A DNA stretch of 64,000 bases, from positions 309,566,001-309,630,000 of the forward strand of contig OZ024741.1 in NCBI GenBank assembly GCA_964016885.1, written 5' to 3'. The notes beneath the pieces are model-generated. The model was not told the origin of the DNA. It did not search any database and saw only the letters and a program-made list of their open reading frames with translations. This document shows, piece after piece, positions 1 to 12,084 of this stretch. The position numbers were made by a program, and so were the translations under genes. Within the stretch, counting starts at the first letter, position 1; every line of letters starts with the position of its first letter. This stretch comes from Eledone cirrhosa (lineage: Eukaryota).

Positions 1-8
1 CAATTATT

Positions 9-360
9 GGCACTACAACGCTATTAGCTGTCAGTCCAGTGGAAAACAGGCGAATGTGACGTCACTCGTAAACATCGTTTATTTCCGTATTACTACCACG
101 CGTAAGTGGAGTTTTCACGCGTTTTTTTTTTAGAGAGAGAGGGAAGACTTAAAAGGGCCAAATTAGGAAACAAGTCATGGTTATAAAGCATATCGATGTA
201 AGGGGAGTTACTTAAATGAAAATATAGGTGGCCCTTAAAAGGGCTAAATTAGAAAACAAGTCATGGTTATCAATGTAGAAAACAAGTCATTCATAAATTT
301 AACTTTTATAATCAAAATTTTTTCAGTAACAAATATGACAGCTAATAGCGTTGTAGTGCC
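9..360 (+). mobile_element. Non-autonomous TIR element (MITE) forming the left end
   Basis: 25-bp inverted repeat at 9-33 and 336-360 (TGACAGCTAATAGCGTTGTAGTGCC), with internal short direct repeats (AAAAGGGCxAAATTAG.AAACAAGTCATGGTTA). Confidence 0.75.
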
Positions 361-395
361 CGCAATTCTGTATCTTTACGTATATTGCGCATAGA

Positions 396-640
396 TACGA
401 GGGTTGACAAAGATACTCTCATGGAATGTGACCAAATGAGGTTTATTTTTCAACATAGTCTCCCTTGCGTTCCACACACTTCTTCCATCGGTGTTGCAGA
501 ACTGAGATCAATGTTTTCCTCGGTAGTGGCAGTTGTAGGACGTCCAGACATTGGGTCATCTTCAAGAATCCCCTATCCTTTCCTAAATTCGGCTGCCTAC
601 TTTTGCACAAAGGAAAATTGTGGTACAATATTGCAAGGTC
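396..640 (-). pseudogene. Internally deleted mariner transposase remnant with one TIR
   Basis: Minus strand reads AAEFRKG*GILEDDPMSGRPTTATTEENID (mariner N-terminal region) joined to QHRWKKCVERKGDYVEK* (mariner C-terminus). TA-CGAGGG mariner-type end at 396. Confidence 0.8.
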
Positions 641-1349
641 TGCTTATAGCATTATCCATCTTTCAAAAATGAAGGTCCACATTTCGTCGACTTCAATACA
701 TTTTATTACATTTTATTGTATTGTAAACATTAACTTTTATGGAAATTTTATTACAAAATTTCAATTTAGTTCGATTTTTTGGAATTTATTTAACAAACAT
801 GGAAAAATAAGAAAAAGAATAAAATAAAAAATAATTTGATTGCCTTTAATAAAGAAGATAAATAGAGTGGAACTGATTTCCAGGTCATACTAATGAAATA
901 AGGTTTTTCCATTATTGATATTATCTGTCTGCCACAAGTCCTGGTAGAAGATGTTACACAAACTAATGTATTTTAATGAAAGACGCAACATGATGCAAGA
1001 TCGAAGAAACGAGCCCATGACTTTATAATGGTTAGTCCAGTACCGTAACCCCTAAGGCATGTGCCGTCACAGAGGAAAGGTAAATCATATTATAACAGAT
1101 TAGATGGGTACTATGTTAGATATTACTATGTGTCATATTATACCAAAGAGGAAGTGTGCTGTATAATAAACATTGATATCAGGTTGATTCAATAACTACC
1201 CGGTCCCGAATATGAACCCATGAACTTATGGTCGTCAGTCAAACACTTTAACCATTGTATGTATGTATACATGTATGGATGGATGGATGGATGTATGTAT
1301 GTATGTATGCATGTATGTATACATGTATATATGTAAGTATGTATGCGTG

Positions 1350-3802
1350 TATGAGAACAACTGGAAGGACTTCAGGAGCTCGGTCTATGAGGCTTCAGCA
1401 GAGGTCCTTGGCTTTGTCACAAGAAAACAAGGACTGGTTTGATGAGAATGACCAGGAGGTCAAGGCTCTGCTAGACAGAAAACAAAAGGCACTTGATGCA
1501 GTTCTTAACGGTGGTAGCTCTGTTGGTGACAATTATGAGCGTTACAGACAGGTAAAGAAAGAAGTGCAGGTGAAACTCGGGGCTATGCAAAATACCTGGT
1601 GGAGCAACAAAGCAGATGAAGTTCAAGTGGCATCTGACGGCAACAATGTGAAACTGCCGCACTTTCTACTCACAGAGGTGTATGGCCCTTTCAGCTCTCC
1701 AGTGGCCCCTTTGAGATCGAAAGATGGCAAGCAATTACTGCGCTACCCAAAAGACACTCGACAGATAGAGAGATCACTTTGATGAGCTCTTAAACCAGCC
1801 ATCCCAGGTTGATGATGATTTCATTTGTTCCATTCCTATTGAACCAGTGAAGCATATGAGATGGCTAATGTATCTTCTCTTGCAGAGGGGACTTCTGTTG
1901 TGCATAAGCTGGACTGTGGTAAGTCTCCTGGTATGGATGGTCTGAGTGGAGCGGTTTTGAAGTGTGGTGGTGAAAACTTCACGCAGCGCCTGACTGACCT
2001 CATAAAAATGGTGTGGGAAGATGAGAATGTCCCACAAGAAGGATGCGTTCATGGTGATTCTCCATAAAGGAAAGGACGGCAAGGACAAATGTGGCAATTA
2101 TCATGTCATATCCCTTCTTTCAGTAGTTGGTAAAGTCGTGTCGAATATTGATGGATAGATTGATCCGAAGTGTTGCCTGAGTCGCAGTGTGGGTTCAGAA
2201 ACGAAAGAGGAACAGTAGATATGATCGTTTCTGCTCGGCAGCTGCAAGAAAAGTGTATCGAACAATGTATGGACCTTTACCAGGTCTTTGTTGACTTGAC
2301 AAAGGCCTTTGACACTGTCAATCAAACTGCGTTGTGGGAAAAAAATCCAAGGTAGGGTAGAAGATTCTGCATCTTTTCCATGATGACATGAAGGCTTTGG
2401 TCAGTATTGGTGGTAGCATCTCTGAACCAATATCAGTTGAAAATCGAGTGAAGCAGGGGGACATTCCGGCTCCAACTCTGTTTTCCTTACATTTTACGAT
2501 AGTGTTTCTCATGGCATTCAAATATTGTTCTCATGGGGTTTACATCAGGTATCGCACTTCAGCAAGGTTGTTCAACACCAGGCGCTTTGGTACAAGCACA
2601 AAGGTATTAACATCTATAATCCAAGAGTTTTTGTATGCAGACGACTGATCTTTTTGCACACTCACAAAGGGACATGCAGCATATTATGAACTCTTTTTCT
2701 GCAGCTTGCAGCACTTTGGGCGTCACAATAAGCTTGGAAAAGACTGTTGTGATGTATCAGCCAGTACCTGGAAATGAGTACACTGCACCAAGTGTGTACG
2801 TGTACGGAAAGAGGCTAAAAGTTGCTGACAAGTTTGTTTACCTTGGTAGTACGTTGAACACTTCATGCAGACATGATAATGAAATATCCTTAAGAATCAA
2901 GAAAGCCAGTGATGCTTTTGGACGGCTGCATCAACGTTTATGGTCCAGACGAGGTATCACTATCGAAACCAAGGTGAAAGTGTATCTGACTTGTGTCGTC
3001 TCCTCTTTACTTTATGTTTGTGAAACGTGGGTCACATACAGAAAGCACCTCAAGGATCTGGAGAGATTTCACCAACAATCTCTTCATAAGTTACTTGGGG
3101 TGTGGTGGAAAATGTTCACCAGTGACTTGGAAGTTCTAGAACGGAGCAAGTGCGTGACTATAGAGAGCATAATCTTTCGGTATCGGTTGAGGTGGTGCAG
3201 TCACGTGGTCCGGATGTCTGATGATCGTATTCCAAAGCAACTTCTCTATGGAGAACTGTGTGAAGGAAGGCGACCACCACATAAACTAAAAAGGCAGTAC
3301 CGGTACTGTATCAGGAGCACCTTGGCTTGTGCTGGAATTTCATCTGACGAATGGGAGAAAATGGCTGGAGACGTTTGATCAAGTCAGGTGGGGAACACTT
3401 TGAAACTCGTCGGAGAGAACACCTAACACTGAAAAGGAAGGTGAGGATTGAGACTGTTCTGAACTGCCTGATGTTGAACATCATCTGGTTTGCCAGCACT
3501 GGTCGAGTCAGCCTGAGCAAAGCTGGTTTGATTAGACATGAACAAAGTCATATCAGTAGACCTCATGTAGATTATGATCTGAAAAAGTGTAAGAAATGTA
3601 CAAGCATGGGAGATCTTAAAAGATACATGTGAACATACAGCCAGAACAAAGCAATGGAAGGTTTCGAGGGAGCCTAAAGTTGCCATGTGTGTGCCAGAGG
3701 GTGCAAGTATTTGGCTGGTTTAAAGAGTCACATTTGTGCTTCACATTTTTGAACATTTTATCGGGCGATGGCAATACTTGAACACGAGTTTGCAGCCATC
3801 AT
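1350..3802 (+). mobile_element. Degraded RTE-clade LINE, 5'-truncated
   Basis: Fragmented frames: KDWFDENDQEV, GKSPGMDG, LPESQCGFR, FVDLTKAFDTV, VKQG..APTLFSL, FLYADD, FVYLGS, RLRWCSHVVRM...PKQLLYGEL, then C2H2-like remnants. The 3' tail CTTGAACACGAGTTTGCAGCCATCAT is followed by a microsatellite. Confidence 0.9.
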
Positions 3803-3825
3803 GTAGTATGTATGTATGTATGTAT

Positions 3826-4451
3826 GTCGGGTCACTCTTTAGTGCTATTGGTAACATGTAACCCAGTACAACCTGTCACATGGTCCGGTCGTCGGCGACT
3901 AAACCGGCAACCCCACCAAGTTTACTTGGTGAGGAGGGTGATTTTGGACACCCTGCAGGACAAAAAACAAAACCTGACAAAGGGCGGAAGAGCTCATAAG
4001 AGTCAACGGCCATCCAATAGTGTGTACATATGTATATACACATGTACATATGTATGTATATGTATATGTGTATGTACATAGGTGCATGTGTATGTACATG
4101 CACGGGGACATAGAAATAATCGGGCTGGACACCCGATTGCGCGGTTAAACCACTGGGAGTGAAGGACTCCTAGCCTTTGTCAGGGCATTCTTCTAGGAGA
4201 AGGCAACTCAGAAAACTGGGATAACTCCGATATAAAACCTGCGGCTCAGTAGTTACCGATGATGTTGATATTTTCTTCTTTTCGGGTTATAGTTACTGTC
4301 GCTCAGAGAGTGGGATTGGCTCAGTGCACAGTCTTTCCTCATTTAAAAAAATATCTTCATGCACAGGCATTGCACAATAGAATTAATTAATAATTATTAA
4401 TAATGGTATATCATGCAATGGCCATACTCGATAACGAGGGGGCAGCCATCA
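3826..4451 (+). mobile_element. Short non-autonomous (bipartite) RTE derivative: 5' part plus RTE 3' stem-loop tail
   Basis: Homologous in reverse orientation to 33142-33745. Ends in GGCCATACTCGATAACGAGGGGGCAGCCATCAT, the same tail type as the LINE ending at 3802. Confidence 0.6.
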
Positions 4452-4711
4452 TGTATGCATGCATGCGTGTATATATGTGTGTGTGTGTATATATACGTGT
4501 GTGTGCGTGTGTGTATATATATATATGTGTGTGTGCGTGCGTGTGTGTATATATATATATATGTGCATGTGGGTGTGTATATATATATATCTCCATATAC
4601 ATATTTATTCAGCTGATATAGGCTGGATTGGTTGGAATATTCTGACGCGAATTCTTTCTGCTCTGTTAAATCGAAACAAATCTTGACTTTTTATTTGAGG
4701 TTTTCTATATA

Positions 4712-5345
4712 AGAGACCGGGAGACCATGTTGATACTATGAAGGCCATTTGTCCTAAGCCGCCTGGACTATTGCTCCCAGCTGTGGTCACCCCATAGTAT
4801 CAAACTAACCACGGAACTTGAGACAATCCAACGAAGCTATGCCAAGAGGATTGCACGATGAAGGAGATGAGCTACTGGGAGAGGCTAAAAGAACTGAAAC
4901 TCTACTCCTTGGAACGAAGACGGGAGAGATACGCAGTGATATACATATGGAAAATCCTGGAGGGACTATCGCCAAACTTTGGTATTGAGAGCGGGACCCA
5001 CCCCCGAACAGGACGTCACTGTGTGGTGACAAAGGTCCTGTCTTCCACATCTAGAACAAGAAGCAGATATTGCAATAGACTGGGGTTCAAAGGCCCTCAA
5101 CTCTTCAACAAACTGCCGAGGGATTTGAGAGATCTACATGGTGTGGCCGTGGATATTTTCAAGAAACTTCTCGACACCCTGTTATCCAGGATCCCGGATG
5201 AGCCCACATCACGGTACGAAGGTAACCTAAGGGCAGCAGCAACGAACTCCCTCTTACATCAATGGCCAGCCAACACAGGCTGGAGATAGAATGTTTAGCA
5301 ACAAGGGCAGTGCCCAATCATGGTCTCAGCCGGATGGCTGGAACA
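4712..5345 (+). mobile_element. CR1-group LINE 3' fragment
   Basis: RLDYCSQLWSP then MSYWERLKELKLYSLERRRERYAVIYIWKIL...GPQLFNKLP...FKKLLDTLLSRIPDEP, a typical CR1 ORF2 C-terminus. Confidence 0.85.
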
Positions 5346-5725
5346 GCTAAAAGAGTATATATATATATTTGAAATAGAAATGGCTTCAACAGGACTAGAA
5401 CTGTTTAATTCGGAGGAAATCATCAGAAAAGCCGACTGTCAATGTAATATGGTGGTATTTATACATTTTCTGGTGGGGGGGGGGGGGGGGGGGGTTAGTA
5501 AATTGATGCTAAGTAGACAAACACATACACACTGACAGGCACTCCTAATTTTCAAGATTCATTTATTCCAAACAAACAAAAGGTTTTCATTGAGTGGCAA
5601 TATTAAAATGCTCTGTTAAAAGATATAAATATGTGTGTGTGTGTATGTATATATATGTGTGTGTGTGTTTGTGAATATATATATATATATATGTGTGTGT
5701 GTTTGTGTATATATATATATGTGTC

Positions 5726-8700
5726 CCATGAATGTAGGCACCTTAAAAGGCCGCTCTAACGAGGTTGTAGAAATGCTTGAACATAAGGAGGTTGATGTTT
5801 GCTGTATCCAAGAGACCAGGTGGAGGGGCGGGTCTGCTAGATTCATTGTGGGTAAAAAAACGTTGCTATAAGCTTTTCTGGGTGGGAAATGACAATGGGA
5901 TAGGTGGGGTAGGAATCATGTTAGCAGAAAAATGAGTGGATAAGATAATAGATGTAAATAGAGTAAATGACAGAATAATTAAAATAAGACTTGTTCTAAA
6001 TAGAACTACTGTGACAGTAATATCTGCATACGCGCCCCAATCCGGACTGCCTGGTGCTATAAAAGACAGATTCTATGAGACACTGATGCTCACTACCTCC
6101 CAAATAACCGACAGTGACTATATAATTATTGCTGGCGACCTAAATGGCCACGTTGGACAACATTGTGACGGCTATGACGGAATCCACGGAGGCTATGGGT
6201 TTGGTACTAGAAACGAGGAAGGCTCCAGAATCCTGGAATTCTGTGATGCAAATAACCTAACTATCTGTAACACTAACTTCAAAAAATGAGACAATCACTT
6301 GATCACCTACAGATCAGAGGAACATACCAGCCAGGTAGATTATATCCTTACCAGAAGACGTGACAGAGTGTCTGTTGTAAACACTAAATCCCTCCCCCAT
6401 GAAGAATGCACCTCCCAACATAGACTGATAATTAGCGACCTGATAGTCAGGACGAGACGTACTAGACAGCAGAAGAGGACTATCCTCAGGAGAAAAAATA
6501 TGGAAGCTAAAGGACCCTACAGCCAGAAATAAATTTAAAAGCATATTACTTGATGCTTTCGACAGTAAGGAAGAGCAATTAGAGTCGTACAATATTGAGG
6601 AACAGTGGGAATTCCTGAAAGCAAACCTGCTGATGGCGGCAGACGAAGTCTGTGGCTGGAGCAGGCCTGTAGGCAGGAGGAGAGTAACATGGTGGTGGAA
6701 CAGTAAGGTGGAGGAGTCAATTAAGGCCAAAAAGCAGGCTTGGAAAGTATGGCGGGATGGGGGAAGTAGAGAAGACTATCAAGTGGCCAGGAGGGAAGCT
6801 AGGAGACAAGTGTACTTCGCAAGAAGGGAAGCAGAGGAGAGAAAGTTCAAGCATGTTCTACAACGCGAGGACCAAAAACGTGAGGTGTTCAGGATTGTTA
6901 GGCAATGTGTCAAGGAAAACCGTGATATTGTCGGGGAGAAGTGTGTACTTAATGATGATGGCGTACTTGCCATCACTGACGCTGATAAGAAGGTAGCTTG
7001 GAAGTGTCACTACGAAAGGCGAATAAATGGGAGAAAGACAGTCTCCCTCACATCGACCCAATAGAGGGACCAGCAGTGTTAGTCGAAGGTAGTATAATAA
7101 GTAAGGCAATCAAAGATATGAAGACGGGTAAGGCGGCTGGGCCTTCGGAAATAGTTGCTGAGATGCTGAAAGCCTCTGGAACGGTAGGACACACCATGGT
7201 CACCCGGATAGTAAACCAAGTCATACAGAATGGGGTTGTTCCGAAGGACTGGCGTAGCAGCATCATCATTAACTGCTACAAGGGTAAAGGAGATGCCCTA
7301 GATAGGAGTAACTATAGAGGCATTAAATTAATCGACCAGGTCATGAAGGTCACAGAAAAAGTAATAGCGCAACTAATCAGAGAGAGAATTGATCTAGATG
7401 AAATGCAGTTCAGGTTTGTATCAGGCAAAAGTACCACAGACGCTCTTTTCATTGTACGACAACTACAGGAGAAGTACCTAGCTAAAAGTAAACCCCTATA
7501 CTTAGCTTTTGTCGACTTGGAGAAAGCCTTCGACAGAGTTCCCCGTTCCATTATCTGGTGGGCTCTTAGAAAACTAGGTGTTGATGAATGGCTTGTGAGA
7601 GCTATACAAGCCATGTATAAAGAAACAGTCAGCAAGGTTAGAATTAACAACGAATATAGTGAAGAGTTTAGCGTAAAAGTTGGTGTTCATCAGGGCTCTG
7701 TTCTTAGCCCCCTACTATTTATTATTGCCCTTCAGGCTATAACAGTGGAGTTCAAGACCGGCTGCCCATGGGAACTCCTATACGCAGATGATCTAACGCT
7801 CATAGCTGAATCAATGGCCGAGCTAGAGAAGAAATTCCAAACATGGAAGCACGGCCTAGAATCAAAAGGCCTTAAAATTAACCTGGCTAAGACTAAAGTT
7901 CTAGTTTGTAGGAAAGAAAATAAGGCGCCGGTCCCTTCCGGGAAATGGCCATGCTCAGTGTGTAGGAAAGGCGTAGGTAGAAACTCCATTTTATGTCCCA
8001 AATGCAAAATATGGGTGCATAAAAGATGTAGTGGGATCACAGGTAAGCTAACTAAGAACACAGATTTTTACATGTGGCCGGTGCTCTGGTGCAATAAGTA
8101 GCAGCAAGTGCCCACAAAATACTAGCTCTTTCAATTGCGTAGAGGGTTCTATAGAAATAGTGGACAGCTTCCGTTACCTGGGTGACAAAATCAGCAGTGG
8201 GGGAGGGTGCTCTGAAAGTACAGTAGCTAGAGTCAGAACTGGATGGAAAAAGTTCAGAGAGCTTATACCACTATTAGCCGCTAAAAATGAAAGGCAGGCT
8301 GTATGATGCCTGCATACGAACAGCAATGTTACATGGCAGTGAGACCTGGGCATTGTGTGCAGAGGATATACGCAGACTAGAGAGGAACGAAGCTTGCATG
8401 CTCCGCTGGATGTGTAATAGTAATATACGCGAACGGCAAAGCATAAATGAACTAAGGGAAAAATTAGAAATAAGAGGGATCAGATGTTGTTTACTCGAGA
8501 GAAGACTACGTTGGTATGGTCACGTGATGCGCATGAAAGACGACAGCTGTATAAAAAAGTGCAGGGCAATAAAGATAGACGGTAGCCACGGAGTAGGCAG
8601 ACCCAGAAAAACCTGGGACGACCTGATAAATTCTGACCTCACACACTTACACCTCTCCAAGACAATGTCACTTGACCGAGATCTTTGGCGGTACTCAGTA

Positions 8701-9090
8701 ATAGAGAAGACCCGCCTTACCTAAATACAAAGTAAAACCTACTACAGTCAGTAGGCATCTCTAACAAAATTCACCCCCGTCCCATCCACACCGCCCTTTC
8801 AATGTAAAGTTATGTTGGTGCCACAACATCCAGGCCGAAACAAATGAGATCGTGTAGGTGTCACGACAAAAAAACACACAGTCCACGCTGTAATGTGGCC
8901 GTGTAGGTAACACGGTAAAAACCTCCCAGTCCCACATTGTAAATGTGGTTGGTGTTCGGAAGGGCATCCTGCTGTAGAAAACCCGCCAGACAGTCCTATG
9001 CGAGCAAGACAACCACTCTTGCCTCAAGTGGGAAAACTCCCGTCCAAACCCATGCAAGCGTGGAACATGGACGTTAAATGATGATGATGT
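5726..9090 (+). mobile_element. Near full-length RTE LINE (APE endonuclease + RT), disrupted, copy 1
   Basis: NVGTLKG...[36 protein letters not shown] (APE); [44 protein letters not shown] (RT). Contains stops and frameshifts. 3' UTR ends in (GAT)n. Confidence 0.95.
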
Positions 9091-9109
9091 GTGATGTGTG
9101 TGTGTGTGC

Positions 9110-9712
9110 AAATTTCAATAATATTAAGACACCCTAATGGGGGTTAAACGCCATATAGTGAAAAGTTTGGCCAATAAATGGAACAAGATTTTACGAACTC
9201 CTCCTATGGTTTTGGAGATAGACCCCCATAACCATATATATTCTGAAACTACATTGCCCAGGGTACTTGTATAAGTATATTTCATTTTAATCAAAGGGTT
9301 CATCGGGCGCACAGAACCGCCGCTGAAACTTTACCTTCAATTTATATGAAATTTAAACCATAGGTAAATGACAAGATATGATGCCTATTCACAAAATTTC
9401 AGCAAATTTCAATAAAATTAAAATACCCTAATGGGGGTTAAACCCCCTATTAGGGTTCACCAGGGGGCACAAAATCCCCGCTGAAAATGTTTTTGGTTCG
9501 ATTTATATGCAATTTAAACCATAGATAAATGAAGAGATATGATGCCTATTCACAAAATTTCAATACTATAAGACACCTTAATGGTGGTTAAACCCCCTAT
9601 TAGGGTTCCCCAGGGGTACAAACCCCCGCTGAAAACTTTTCCCTTTCGATTTATATGAAACTTAAACCATAGGTAAATGACAAGATATGATGCCTATTCA
9701 CAAAAGTTTTCA
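9110..9712. repeat. Tandem repeat, ~150-160 bp period, 3-4 imperfect copies
   Basis: AAACCATAG(G/A)TAAATGA(C/A)(A/G)AGATATGATGCCTATTCACAAAA at ~9356, ~9516 and ~9665. CCCTAATGGGGGTTAAAC-like motifs recur. Confidence 0.75.
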
Positions 9713-9916
9713 ATTGATATTTTGAAAAAAATTATTTACAAGAAACAAAATAAGAATAAGATTTAATAATGCAATTTTGATTTGAGATATTACAAAAAAT
9801 GAGTAATGAGTTTTTCTCCATAAATTATATCACTGATTTAAAATCAATCATCATTTTCTTACAAAAAAAATGTGTAACGCAGCAAGGCGCTGGTAATTTG
9901 GCTAATATATATATAT

Positions 9917-10900
9917 GTGTGTGTGTGCTCATTATGTAGGAGAGGTGTAGGTAGAAACTCCATCCTCTTCCCCATATGCAAACTATGGGTACACAAGAGA
10001 TGTAGTGGGATCTCAGGAAGTTTAGTTAAGAATGTAGGCTTTACATGTAGCAGTTGCACCAGGACAGTAAGCAGCAAACAATCACTGAAAACAAGTGACA
10101 TCAAAGTCTGGAAGGACTTGGTAAAAATAATACCAAATTAGCAGCGGAGGGGGGTGTTCTGAAAGAACGGGATGGAAGAAGTTGAGGGAGCTACTGCCAC
10201 AGCTGGATACAAAAGGCTTTTCCCTCAGAATAAAAGGTAGACTGTATGATGTGTGCATATGAACGGCAATGTTGCATGGTAGTGAGAGCTGGGCGCTGTG
10301 TGTAGAAGACTTGCGTAGATTAGAAAGGAATGAAGCTTGTATGCTCCGATGGATGTGTAATAGTAATATACGCGAACAGCAAAGCATAAGCAAACTGAAA
10401 GAGAAACTAGGCATAAGAGGAATCAAATGTTGTGTGCAGGAGAGGAGATTATGTTGGTATGGACATATGATTCGTATGAAGGATGACAGCTACATAAAGT
10501 CCCAGAAAGACTTGAGATGAAGTGATAAAAGCCGACCTTGCCCAATTGCACCTCTGAAAGGCAATGACACAGGACCAAGAGCTCTGGCGTTATGAGGTAA
10601 TACAGAAACCCCAACTTCCCACAGGCCCAGGACAAGGCTGAAACATACATACAGTATGCACCACTTCATCCCACCCACCAATATATCTTTCATGAGAACA
10701 GGCCGAAACACTGTAAAGTGGTCGTGATGGTGACACGGTAAAAAACACCCAGTCCACACTGTAAAGTAGTCGTGGAGGAATCACAACAAAAAACACCCAG
10801 TACTCACTGTAAATGAGCTTGGCATTAGGAAGGGCATCCAGCTGTAGAAACCAACCCAAAATCACTTCTTTATGAGCAAGACATGGTCACCTGACCTAAC
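9917..10900 (+). mobile_element. Diverged 3' fragment of the same RTE family
   Basis: CSLCRRGVGRNSI...WVHKRCSG, MLHGSESWALC...[13 protein letters not shown], followed by an RTE-type 3' UTR. Confidence 0.85.
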
Positions 10901-10913
10901 ATTGCCAACAATA

Positions 10914-11292
10914 GAAGGCACATGGCCCAGTGGTTAGAGCATTGGGCTTGCAATTGAAAGGTTGTGAGTTTAATTCTCGGACCAGGTGATGTGTTGTTTC
11001 CTTGAGCAAGACACTATTTCACATTTCTCCAATTTACTCAGCTGTAGAAATGAGATGATAGGACTGGGGTCCCTATCATTCCACTGCAAAGTGGTCGTGG
11101 AGGTGCAACGGCAAAAAAAAAAATACACCCAGCACTCACTGTAAAAGTGGTTGGTGTTAGGAAAGGCATCCAGCTGTAGAAATCAAGACAGAATCAGTTC
11201 CCGTATGAGCAAGACAAGGTCAGCCAACCGGACACTGCCCACAACAGGACAACCCATGCTAGCGTAGAAGAACTGACATAAAATGATGATTA
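10914..11292 (+). mobile_element. tRNA-headed SINE with RTE-derived 3' end
   Basis: A-box-like TGGCCCAGTGG and degenerate B-box GAGTTTAATTC, core GTGTTGTTTCCTTGAGCAAGACACT, 3' GGTGTTAGGAAAGGCATCCAGCTGTAGAAA and (GAT)n tail shared with the RTE. Confidence 0.85.
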
Positions 11293-11364
11293 TGAAATAT
11301 AACAGAGTTTTATAGCTTGCTTGAAGCATTGATGAATAGGAAACACAAATTTAAATTTTGAAAA

Positions 11365-11695
11365 CCAAGTTGAGGGGCTTTGAACCCCAGGCTATTGCAA
11401 TAGCTGCTCCTGATTCTAGATGTGGAAGACGGGACCTTTGGTACCACACAGTGACGTCCTGTTCGGGAATTGGTCCAGCTCTCAATGCGAAAGTTTGGTC
11501 TTAGTCCCCCCAGGATTTTCCATATGTATATCATTGCATATCTCTTCCGTCTTCATTCTGAGGAGTAGAGTTTCAGTTCTTTTAGACTCTCCCAGTAGTT
11601 TACCTCCTTCATCGTGGCAACCTTCTTGGTGGAGCTTCATTGGATTGCTTCAAGCTCCATGGTTAGTTTGATACTATGGGGGTGACCACAGCTGC
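11365..11695 (-). mobile_element. CR1-group LINE fragment (same family as 4712-5345)
   Basis: MIYIWKILGGLRPNFRIESWTNSRTGRHCVVPKV on the minus strand. Confidence 0.85.
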
Positions 11696-11701
11696 AAGCA
11701 T

Positions 11702-12015
11702 TCATCACAATTCATTTTACGTCCACTTTTTCCCAGCTTGCAAGGGTGGGACGGGAACTGATTCTGGCTTGATTTCTACAGCTGGATGCCCTTCCTAACA
11801 CCAACCTCATTTACAGTGAGTGCTGGGTGCCTATTTCCCATGGCACCTCCACATTCACTTTACAGTGGAATTATAGGGACCCCAGTCCTATCATCTCATT
11901 TCTACAGCTGAGTAAACTGGAGCAATGTGAAATAAAGTGGCTTGCTCAAGGAAACAACACATCACCCGGTGTGAGAATTGAACTCAACCTTTCGATTGCA
12001 AAGCCAATGCTCTCA
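11702..12015 (-). mobile_element. tRNA-headed SINE (RTE-tailed family)
   Basis: Reverse complement of the 45197-45541 SINE. Confidence 0.85.
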
Positions 12016-12084
12016 ATATGTATGTATATATATATATAAACTAATATATACACACACACTATATATATAAGTAATAATACATAT

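Noticed and set aside
4403-4686. ORFs rich in CVYI/THTH (also 5616-5871 in part, 32702-33266, 33701-33883, 34443-34685, 35640-36217)
   Set aside because: Translations of (TA)n/(CA)n microsatellites, which lack stop codons.
5372-5454. Exon-like TAG|AAATGGCTTCAACAGG...GTG|GTATTT (MASTGLELFNSEEIIRKADCQCNMV)
   Set aside because: Weak splice signals, no recognisable homology and no partner exon; the similarity to the ERMARD start is only ~11 bp.
10914-10990. tRNA genes (also 24560-24639, 45197-45270, 53650-53722)
   Set aside because: A/B boxes are present but continue into SINE bodies, with no complete cloverleaf.
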